Assembly (NCBI GenBank): GCA_043806015.1
Contig: JAZDHH010000004.1
Coordinates: 60,678-124,677 of the forward strand
Direction of reading: 5' to 3'
DNA from: Nanobdellota archaeon
Lineage (GTDB): Archaea > Nanobdellota > Nanobdellia > Woesearchaeales > JAHIVG01
DNA length: 64,000 nucleotides
The notes beneath the pieces were generated by a model. It made no database searches. It was given only the letters and a program-made list of their open reading frames with translations, and was not told the DNA's origin. This document shows positions 18,911 to 26,791 of this stretch, piece after piece; within the stretch, counting starts at the first letter, position 1; every line of letters starts with the position of its first letter. The position numbers and the translations under genes are program-made.

Positions 18911-21900
18911 CTAGTCCCCGCCCGGCTCGTAGGGGTCTGGGGCGAGGTCGGCCTCGCTGATGATCTTCCTGAAGATGGGGCTGCCGGTCGGCTGGTAGTC
19001 GCTGACGTGGATGCTGATCTCTTCCCCTGCCCAGAGCTGGCCGTCGGTCGCGTTGAAGGCAACCATGTAGGTTCCTGAGTCGTTGCCTTGGGGTCTCCAG
19101 TGGAACCTGCCATTTGTTTCGTTGAAGGAGAATGGCGAGGGAAGCTGTCCTGCGGCGTTGGTGGAGTAGGTGATTGTGTCGCCGTCAGGGTCTGTGGCGT
19201 TCAGGCTGATATACAGCCAGCTCCATTCCTCAACCACCTTGTTGCCGACATGCTCGAGAACCGGAGCTCTGTTCACGTCCAGGACGGTGATCTCCACAAT
19301 TTCGGAGTCGTCCAGCTCGCCATCACTTACCGAGAAGTTCACGGCATAGACGCCAGCGTCATCGAAGGTGGGTGTCCACTCAAAGAGACCTGTTTCCGTG
19401 GAAAAAGAGAAGGGGCTGGGCAGCACTTCCCCGGCATCTGTGGCGAAGCTCAGTGTGTCGTTGTCCGGGTCGGATGCGGAGAGCTGGATGGCGAGCGGCT
19501 GGCCTTCGTCGACTTGATAAGGGCCGATTTCTGAAAGGGTTGGAGGATTGTTGCCTTCGGTCACATTAATAACAATCATTTCGAAATCGATTTCCATCCC
19601 GTCTGTCACTGAGAAATTGGCTTCATGTAATCCTATGTCAGCAAGCTGCGGAGTCCACCTAAAGACGCCGGTGAGAGTATCAAAAGAATAATTCTGAAGG
19701 TCTGTCACAAGACTGAAGGCCAATTCTTGATGGTTCATGTCAATAGCATCAGCATCAATCACCAGCTCTGCCCCCGTCCAGGCATTGCGAATGCCGATTT
19801 CCTCAAGGACGGGAGGGTAGTTTATCCACGCAGGGAACCAATCGATGCCCCCGCCAAAGCCCTGGACGACGAAGGTTGCCGGGTAACCAGGATTCGAAAA
19901 ATCGTCCCAGGTGTTGCCGATGCCGGAGAGGTTCCAGGTGTTGTTGAATGCCAACGCTTGCACAAAGGCGGGAATGCCGTTCCTCAGGAAGATGTTTTCA
20001 GCAAATGCATTTCGCGTTCCCTCTTCCAAGAGCGCCCCATACTCCACATTGTCAAGGACAAAGTTCATGCGGACCGTATTCCGAGATGCGTTCGTCGAAA
20101 AAACCATGCCGCGGCTGTTGTTCGTCACCGTATTGTTCAGCACGGTCGTCAAGTTGACACCCCGGGTCAGGTTTATGCCGACACCGTTCCCGAAAATCGA
20201 ATTGTTGGCGACCCGAAGCAGCGTCGAATTGCTGATTATTACTCCGTTGATTGGATTTCCGAAGACGACATTGCCCTCGATAGTGCTATTGGTCAGGAAC
20301 CTGCTGGTCGCGATGCCGGAATGGTTGTTGTTCCTGACGGTGTTGTTCAAGATGAGGAGACCGGAGGCATTCGCGACGCTGATGCCGTGGTACATGATGC
20401 TCTGCTCGACAAGATTGTCCACGATCCTGGAATAATTCGAGTAGCGGTCGATGGTGATCGCGTTCCGGAGATTTCTCGAAAGGGTATTGTTGAGAATCGT
20501 CGTGTTCCTCGAATGGTACACCACGACGATGCCGGTGTGGTTGTTGCCGGAGATGACATTGTCGCGGATTGTCGTGTTCACCGAATCGTACAGCTGGATG
20601 CCGTAATAGACCGAGACGTTGAGGATGTGGTTGCTCCTGATGCTCGAGTAATTGGCGCGGTTGAGGTAGAGGCCGTACCAGCCATTCCTCAGTATCCTGG
20701 AATTGGTGACGACGGTGCGGTTGCTCCCCACGATGTAGACGCCATTCTTGAAATTCTCGACCGTGCAGTTGCGGATCGTGACGTTCTTCAGGTTCTGGAT
20801 CGATATCCCGCTGTTGTTGCCGATGCCGGAGATGAGGTGGCCTTTGCAGTCCAGGAATATGTTGCTTACGCTCACCGTGAATCCGTTGACGCATTCGCCG
20901 AGGTCATAGGTCAGATTCAGCGATGAGTTCAGCGTGTGGTTGCATGAAATCGCATACAATGGCCAATAATCCTTTCCGTTGCCGAGACCTTCGACGTCAT
21001 AATAGGCGGGATAGCCGGGGTTGGCAGAGAGGTCGCTCCAAGAATTGCCTATCCCGCTGAGGTTCCAGGCATTTCCATTCGTATCCTCCAGCGCGCTCAA
21101 GATATTGTTCAAGAAGCGGTTCCCGAAGAACCGGTTTCCTGTGCCATTCACGCTCAGGCCGATGAGGCTGCTGCGCATCGTCGCGTTCTTGACCACGTTC
21201 CTGGAGGAATTGAAGAGCCGGATCGCGTAAGAATAGTTTGCAACGGTCATGTTGCCGAGGGTGACTCCTTGGCGGTTGTTTACATAGATGCCTGTCCCGT
21301 TCCGGTTCCCACGCAGGGTGGAGCCGTTCCCGTCTACGGAGATGTTGTCCGCGTCGACGAACAGCCCGTTCGGCAGGTCATAGGTGCCGGTGCAGAGCGT
21401 TGTGTTGTAGCGCAGCACCATGCCATCATGCGGAACCAGGCAGCCGCAGTCAGGGTCGACGCCAGGCCCGCAGTCCGGGTCGCAGAGGCCGTTTCGGTCG
21501 TACTGGCAGAGGTTGTCCGGGCCGCTGTGCGGGCAGTCATTCGGACAAAAGAGGGCATTTTCCAAGCCATCACAAACCTCATCGCCACCACAAAGTTGCG
21601 GGATGGCTTCACGTAAAACAAGCTGGTCTCCCGCACTAATTTCAAAGAAGGCGAGATCGGCAGAAAAAGGAACACGATACGAGAGGGTTTGATGATCAAC
21701 AATGAGCGGGGGATCCGAAAGGATAAAAAAGTCCACATCAAAAGATTGCTGAAAAAGGATGTTCTCAGCGCTATCTTTTATCAAAACAGCATAGTTCCCG
21801 AGAAGCGGATGATAGACAGCAGGCTGACCCAGATATGGCATGACGGACCAGTTAACAACATCTCCCGATGAGTTGATCGTGACGAGTATTTCAAGATGCT

Positions 21901-23998
21901 GGAGGTTACTCTGGTCACGTAAAAGCGTGGGGTCACAACTCATCTCAGCAAGACCGGAGAGATATGTCCTTTCGGTAGAATCAAATTGACCCAGGACAAA
22001 CGGTTCATTGGACATGACCGTCCTATCTCCCTGATCAAGCCGTCCATCCTGATCAGAGTCCTCGCCAAGAAAGTCAATATTGCCAAAAGCCCAAGAACAA
22101 TCAGGGTGATATGGATAATAGTTGCCCACCTGAAACAGACAACATTCAGGAAGATGATCTTCACAACAGTCCCGTTCACCCCACTGAGCAACACATTGAG
22201 GATCCTCTTGATTAATATCATAGGAAGGATCGCAACCCAACGCTGCTTGCAGAGGATTAGGGATCACCCAGGAGTGACCGCACATGTAAAACATGCTGGT
22301 GCCTCCACAATCACAATACTGATCCCTAAGGCCGAACTGATGGCCAAGCTCGTGTGTGACATACCCGAGCCTATTTGTTTCGGATAAAACGACTGTTAAA
22401 ATAGGGTCGCTCCAACCCCCGACATCTTGGCAATTCGGCTCAACGGGGTCTCCGGTTCCATTCCACACCACAAGGTCCGTATCGGTAATGCCGATGAGAT
22501 AATCATAGTGGGTGTAACCCGTTTTTGTACTATACTCATGCGCGCATGACGCAAGCTTGGCATTGGGACTTTGCCAAGGGAAACCCCGATTATCACAATT
22601 TGGCGAAATCATATCTTGATCATAACAAGAAAAACCTGACCAATCTGAACCATACTCCCTTTCCTCGGTGAGAACCAAGGACAGCCTGTCCGGACAAACC
22701 GATAAAGGAATACGAGATAGAAAATGGTTAACGGCATTAAATGCGGCGTCTCGGTAAGTGTCATATCCTCCTTCCCAGTTATAAGGTATGACGAGAAGCT
22801 TAATATTCGATTCAATAACAGAAAAAGAAGTGACGAGAAGATTATTCCCTTCGTCAATTTCCTCAATCACATCCTCCGGGTCGATCTCCGCTTCAAACGT
22901 GTGGTCGCCGGCGGTCGCCCACCAGTCGAACATCACGGGGACGGAGCTGTGCGGCGGGATCGTTACGTCTGACTTCGTGCCTTCCAGTGCGCCGTCGATG
23001 TAGAAATGCATCATCACATTGCTGACCGCGCTGTCGCCTGTGTTCTGGACAGTCATGTTGATCAGCGTCGTGTGGCCTTCGACCAGCGGGTCCTCGATGA
23101 CCGGGTCGCCGAGGAAGGAGAGGTCGACGCTGTAACCGACCGCACCCTCGGGAAAGAAGTCAGTCCCGTTGCTTGGCCCGGCAATCTCATACGTAGAGGG
23201 ATAGCCGGGATTCTGCTCAAAATCGCTCCAGAAATTGCCGTGGCCGCTGAAGTTCCAGCCATTCAGCGTGGTCTCATACGCGTTCCGGTTGACGCTGTTG
23301 GTGAACACGTTGTCATAGAAAACGACATTCGACGACCCTTGCAGGTATGCACCGTAGTCTGTGTTCTGCGAGAATTTGTTTTGGTAAACGGTGATGGGGT
23401 TGCTATTGAGGATGTAGATCCCGCGGATGTTTCCGCTCGCGTTGTTCAGGCGGACGGTCACGCTGCTGGCGGTGTCCAAGAAGATGCCATTTGCGTCACT
23501 CCTTACCACATTCCTCTCGACAAGGTTGTTCGAACCGTAGGCGACATAGACTCCAGCCCCGTTATTCTCTGCGCGGTTGTCGCGAACCTGGGTTCCGACG
23601 CCGCTTTCAACGAGGATCGCGCTTTGCCTGATGTGATGGAGGTAGTTGTTGCGGAAGACGTTGCCCTGGCCGCCATTCATTCGGATGGCATTCTCGTACT
23701 CTTGTATGGTGCAGTATTTGACCGTGATGCTGGAATAGCCGCTCACCCATATGCCGAACCTTGACGTGGCTGTCGTGCCGTCTATCGTGTGCCCGCCGCA
23801 GTCAAGCGTCACGCCGTTCACTCCGATGATGATCCCGTGGTTTCCGCAGTCGGTGATATCATGGTTCAGGATGATCGAACTGGTCAGCGTGTCCCCGCAG
23901 TTGCACTGGACGGCTCCACCGCAATTCGCCGCAGATATACCCGGCAATAGCACTAGAAAAAAGAGGACAGCTATCCAGCAGTATAATCGCTCCCCCAA
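18911..23998 (-). CDS. Large secreted protein: beta-helix (NosD-like) domains, CARDB-like Ig, metzincin-like Zn-peptidase, cadherin/He_PIG-like Ig repeats
   Basis: Probable TTG start 23998 followed by a signal peptide; HELGHQFGLRD and a downstream VMS Met-turn; DP...I.E.DEGNN CARDB motif; C-terminal N.PP.L..IG...A.D.D.D.L Ig repeats. Confidence 0.8.
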   Translation of the reverse strand: MGERLYCWIAVLFFLVLLPGISAANCGGAVQCNCGDTLTSSIILNHDITDCGNHGIIIGVNGVTLDCGGHTIDGTTATSRFGIWVSGYSSITVKYCTIQEYENAIRMNGGQGNVFRNNYLHHIRQSAILVESGVGTQVRDNRAENNGAGVYVAYGSNNLVERNVVRSDANGIFLDTASSVTVRLNNASGNIRGIYILNSNPITVYQNKFSQNTDYGAYLQGSSNVVFYDNVFTNSVNRNAYETTLNGWNFSGHGNFWSDFEQNPGYPSTYEIAGPSNGTDFFPEGAVGYSVDLSFLGDPVIEDPLVEGHTTLINMTVQNTGDSAVSNVMMHFYIDGALEGTKSDVTIPPHSSVPVMFDWWATAGDHTFEAEIDPEDVIEEIDEGNNLLVTSFSVIESNIKLLVIPYNWEGGYDTYRDAAFNAVNHFLSRIPLSVCPDRLSLVLTEEREYGSDWSGFSCYDQDMISPNCDNRGFPWQSPNAKLASCAHEYSTKTGYTHYDYLIGITDTDLVVWNGTGDPVEPNCQDVGGWSDPILTVVLSETNRLGYVTHELGHQFGLRDQYCDCGGTSMFYMCGHSWVIPNPLQAALGCDPSYDINQEDPQCVAQWGERDCCEDHLPECCLFQVGNYYPYHPDCSWAFGNIDFLGEDSDQDGRLDQGDRTVMSNEPFVLGQFDSTERTYLSGLAEMSCDPTLLRDQSNLQHLEILVTINSSGDVVNWSVMPYLGQPAVYHPLLGNYAVLIKDSAENILFQQSFDVDFFILSDPPLIVDHQTLSYRVPFSADLAFFEISAGDQLVLREAIPQLCGGDEVCDGLENALFCPNDCPHSGPDNLCQYDRNGLCDPDCGPGVDPDCGCLVPHDGMVLRYNTTLCTGTYDLPNGLFVDADNISVDGNGSTLRGNRNGTGIYVNNRQGVTLGNMTVANYSYAIRLFNSSRNVVKNATMRSSLIGLSVNGTGNRFFGNRFLNNILSALEDTNGNAWNLSGIGNSWSDLSANPGYPAYYDVEGLGNGKDYWPLYAISCNHTLNSSLNLTYDLGECVNGFTVSVSNIFLDCKGHLISGIGNNSGISIQNLKNVTIRNCTVENFKNGVYIVGSNRTVVTNSRILRNGWYGLYLNRANYSSIRSNHILNVSVYYGIQLYDSVNTTIRDNVISGNNHTGIVVVYHSRNTTILNNTLSRNLRNAITIDRYSNYSRIVDNLVEQSIMYHGISVANASGLLILNNTVRNNNHSGIATSRFLTNSTIEGNVVFGNPINGVIISNSTLLRVANNSIFGNGVGINLTRGVNLTTVLNNTVTNNSRGMVFSTNASRNTVRMNFVLDNVEYGALLEEGTRNAFAENIFLRNGIPAFVQALAFNNTWNLSGIGNTWDDFSNPGYPATFVVQGFGGGIDWFPAWINYPPVLEEIGIRNAWTGAELVIDADAIDMNHQELAFSLVTDLQNYSFDTLTGVFRWTPQLADIGLHEANFSVTDGMEIDFEMIVINVTEGNNPPTLSEIGPYQVDEGQPLAIQLSASDPDNDTLSFATDAGEVLPSPFSFSTETGLFEWTPTFDDAGVYAVNFSVSDGELDDSEIVEITVLDVNRAPVLEHVGNKVVEEWSWLYISLNATDPDGDTITYSTNAAGQLPSPFSFNETNGRFHWRPQGNDSGTYMVAFNATDGQLWAGEEISIHVSDYQPTGSPIFRKIISEADLAPDPYEPGGD

Positions 23999-24101
23999 GC
24001 TACCTTCGGGAAGCCATATTCGCTTTAAAAACCTTTCGCCACTTCGCGAGTGCGACAGCGCCCGCCAAAGATTTATATACCGCCCGATACCAGGTAAGAG
24101 C

Positions 24102-25076
24102 ATGTACGACGTCATCACGGTCGGCAGCTCCACCATCGACGTGTTCGCCCACACGAATGCCGACCTGATCACCATCCGCACGGAGGGCGGCTCCGAGCAG
24201 CTCATCGCCTACCCCAGCGGCACCAAGATTGTCGTGAAGGAATTGAAGTTCATGGTCGGCGGCGGCGGCACGAACACCGCGGTCGCCTTCTCCAGGCTCG
24301 GGCTCAAGACGGCCTGGCTGAGCAAGCTCGGCAAGGACGAGAACGGCGAGCGCATCATCAACGAGATGAAGAAGGAGAAGGTCGACTTCATCGGGCCGAG
24401 GGTGGATGGCCAGAGCGGCTACAGCGTCGTGCTCGACAGCGTCGCCCATGACCGCACCATCCTTACCTACAAGGGCGTGAACGACGACCTCACCCCCGCG
24501 GAAGTGCCGCTCTCCAAGATGAAGGCAAAGTGGTTCTACTTCTCCTCCATGACCGGCAAGAGCTTCGACGCGCTGGCGGCCATCGCGGCGCACGCCCACC
24601 AAAAAAATATCCCCATCGCCTTCAACCCGAGCAGCTACCTCGCGAAACAGGGCGCGGACTTCCTCAAGCCGATCCTGCAGTACACCACGCTCCTCGTCCT
24701 GAACAAGGAGGAGGCGCAGCTCATCGCAGGGAATTTCACCGGCCAGGACCTGGCGAAGAGGCTCCAGAACCTGGGGCCGAAGAATGTCGTGATCACCGAC
24801 GGCGCCAACGAGACCGTCTGCCTGTACGACGGCAAGCTGTACCGCATCGTGCCGCACAAGGTGGAGGTCGTCGAGTCCACAGGAGCGGGCGACGCGTTCG
24901 CCTCTTCTTTGGTGGCAGGCCTCATCAAGAACAACGACATCGTGTTCGCCCTCAAGCTCGGCCTAGCCAACACCGAGAGCGTCCTGGCGTACGTCGGCGC
25001 GAAGAACAAGCTGCTCACCTGGGGCGAGGCATTGGCTGTCCTGCAGAAGACTCAATTCTCTGTGCAGCAGGGATAG
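24102..25076 (+). CDS. PfkB/ribokinase-family carbohydrate or nucleoside kinase
   Basis: GGGGTNTAVAFSRLG and ESTGAGDAF signatures; start at MYDVITVG, 22 nt after TTTATATA (24072-24079). Confidence 0.93.
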   Translation: MYDVITVGSSTIDVFAHTNADLITIRTEGGSEQLIAYPSGTKIVVKELKFMVGGGGTNTAVAFSRLGLKTAWLSKLGKDENGERIINEMKKEKVDFIGPRVDGQSGYSVVLDSVAHDRTILTYKGVNDDLTPAEVPLSKMKAKWFYFSSMTGKSFDALAAIAAHAHQKNIPIAFNPSSYLAKQGADFLKPILQYTTLLVLNKEEAQLIAGNFTGQDLAKRLQNLGPKNVVITDGANETVCLYDGKLYRIVPHKVEVVESTGAGDAFASSLVAGLIKNNDIVFALKLGLANTESVLAYVGAKNKLLTWGEALAVLQKTQFSVQQG

Positions 25077-25141
25077 TTTTGGCAATTTTGTATCCTACGA
25101 TTTTGTTCTCCAGGTAACATCACCTTCTTAAGCGCGGGAAT

Positions 25142-25267
25142 ATGCGGCAGACCATGCAGATTGTCCACTTGAAGTGCCCGCACTGCGGCGCCAGCTTCAA
25201 GACCGTGCGAACGACCGGCGTCCTCCATGCCTTCTGCCACTTCTGCGGCGGCAAGGTTGAGTTCTAG
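25142..25267 (+). CDS. Small CPxCG zinc-ribbon microprotein (41 aa; not in ORF track)
   Basis: Manual translation MRQTMQIVHLKCPHCGASFKTVRTTGVLHAFCHFCGGKVEF: two CxxCG knuckles; alternative start 25154. Confidence 0.72.
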   Translation: MRQTMQIVHLKCPHCGASFKTVRTTGVLHAFCHFCGGKVEF

Positions 25268-25330
25268 AAATCGTGAGCTTCTCATCGGCACTGAAAGATT
25301 AATATAGGCGGACCTACTTCAAGGCATCCT

Positions 25331-25759
25331 ATGGATCAATTCTTTTCGACCTTGGGCAAGGGGGTTGCGTCAGTCGGCAACTTCCTGGATAGCCGGCCTC
25401 GACGGCTCTTGCTGATTGGAGTCCTCAGTGTCCTCGCCGAGCAAGGGATTAGCGCTTACAACAATGACCGAGAAGTACACGCCACCTATGACCAACCCGG
25501 TCGGATCCTCCTCGCGGGAGTCTCGCCGAACGAAGTGGTCGCTTTGGAAAAGGCAGCCAGCCTGGATTCTTCCCTTGATGTGACCGGATGGCCAGACGGG
25601 GAATTAGTGGGGAATCTGTTCAAGGACGCCACCGGATTCATCGCAGGAAAGTGCGTGTTGACCTTCCCGCCTGACAGCGCGCACGCTCCCGAAGAGGTTT
25701 ACCAGGAATTGCTCGCCCACGCGAACCTCCTGGGCACGTATGCTCAAGGCCCTGAATGA
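25331..25759 (+). CDS. Hypothetical protein, possibly exported
   Basis: 142-aa ORF, TTAATATA 24 nt upstream, RR followed by a hydrophobic stretch. Confidence 0.55.
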   Translation: MDQFFSTLGKGVASVGNFLDSRPRRLLLIGVLSVLAEQGISAYNNDREVHATYDQPGRILLAGVSPNEVVALEKAASLDSSLDVTGWPDGELVGNLFKDATGFIAGKCVLTFPPDSAHAPEEVYQELLAHANLLGTYAQGPE

Positions 25760-26487
25760 AAATCCCCTAAACGACGCTGCCTCTTCCCGTGCTCTTCGAG
25801 GTATCTCGGCGGCGTCACCTTGCGGAAGGAGAATCCGAGGTCGTGCAGCATGCGCAGGGCGTTCTTGCTGATCGCCGGGGCAGCGATGACGCCCCGCACC
25901 TTCTCGAGGCCGCGGCGCTTCTTGACGCGCTCGACGTAGCGGCGCAGCTGCGTCACCGCGGCGAGGTCTGCGGTGTAGCGCTTGCATTCGATGACGACGA
26001 GAACATTGTCCCTGTCAAAGCCGAAGATGTCGATGAAGCCGTAGCGGGTGTGCTCCTCGCGGGAAAGCGGCGTGAAGCCTTCCTCGATGAGGGAAGGCTG
26101 CTGGAACAGCATCTCGGCCATGTCGCGCTCTGACCCTGCGAGCTCGATCTTCCGGCCGTCGACCATCTGCTTGCTCTGGATGAAATGGAGGTGGTTGATG
26201 GTGATGGCGAGCTGCTCCTTCCTCGCCCGGTTCCTGCTCAGCAGCCGCAAACCAGAGCTGTCCTGCACCAGCGAATGCTCAGAGCCTTCCGCCATGTAGT
26301 TGACCGGCGCGCTGCCCTGCGGCTGGTGGACGAGCAGTGTGCCGTCCTGCTTGATGATGACGAGCCGGTCGCCGTCCGGCAGGAAGCTCTCAGCCCGGCC
26401 GGAGTACTGGATGCTGCAGTTCATCGAGAAGACCACTGTCTCCCTCCGCTGCAGCGCCCCGGAGATGTCAACAGCAAAGTCGTGCAT
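25744..26487 (-). CDS. nucS: Endonuclease NucS/EndoMS (mismatch-specific)
   Basis: C.I.YSGRA.S.L..GDRLVIIK.DGTLLVH, PVNY, G.IDI...D.....VVIECKR, QL.RY; start reassigned to MHDFAVD. Confidence 0.92.
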   Translation of the reverse strand: MHDFAVDISGALQRRETVVFSMNCSIQYSGRAESFLPDGDRLVIIKQDGTLLVHQPQGSAPVNYMAEGSEHSLVQDSSGLRLLSRNRARKEQLAITINHLHFIQSKQMVDGRKIELAGSERDMAEMLFQQPSLIEEGFTPLSREEHTRYGFIDIFGFDRDNVLVVIECKRYTADLAAVTQLRRYVERVKKRRGLEKVRGVIAAPAISKNALRMLHDLGFSFRKVTPPRYLEEHGKRQRRLGDFHSGP

Positions 26488-26547
26488 CCGCCTGATGAGG
26501 CCGATGGACAATAAGAATGTTACGAAAATCCAAAGCTTTAAATATAT

Positions 26548-26579
26548 ATCAATGATAACTATTAATAGTATACATTGAT
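26548..26579. promoter_or_regulatory. 32-bp imperfect palindrome, candidate operator just downstream of the TATA box
   Basis: ATCAATG-ATA-ACTATTAATAGT-ATA-CATTGAT; TTTAAATA at 26537-26544; HTH gene starts at 26585. Confidence 0.65.
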
Positions 26580-26584
26580 GTAGA

Positions 26585-26791
26585 TTGCCACGACGCGGAG
26601 ATTTCAACAAGAGCCTGCTGCATGCCCTCGCGGGCGCAGAGCTCGGACTGACCATCGAAGAGGCAGCACAAGCGCTGCGCACGAGCCGTATCACTGCGGC
26701 AAAATACCTTCTCATCCTCGAGGCAAAGGGTTCCATCAACTGCAAGGAGGTGGGCAAGGCCAAGCTGTTCTACCTGCCCAGGCGGCCATGA
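26585..26791 (+). CDS. Small winged-helix DNA-binding protein
   Basis: GLTIEEAAQALRTSRITAAKYLLILEAKG.I....VGKAKLFY; TTG start; ATGA overlap with the 3406-aa gene. Confidence 0.8.
   Translation: MPRRGDFNKSLLHALAGAELGLTIEEAAQALRTSRITAAKYLLILEAKGSINCKEVGKAKLFYLPRRP

Noticed and set aside
23751-24205. Apparent head-to-head overlap of the 1764-aa ORF and the 441-aa PfkB ORF
   Set aside because: Both N-terminal extensions are artefacts; divergent TATA boxes and protein motifs place the starts at ~23998 and 24102
26488-26763. 92-aa N-terminal extension of NucS
   Set aside because: It crosses the AT-rich promoter and the opposite-strand wHTH gene; NucS homology starts near MHDFAVD
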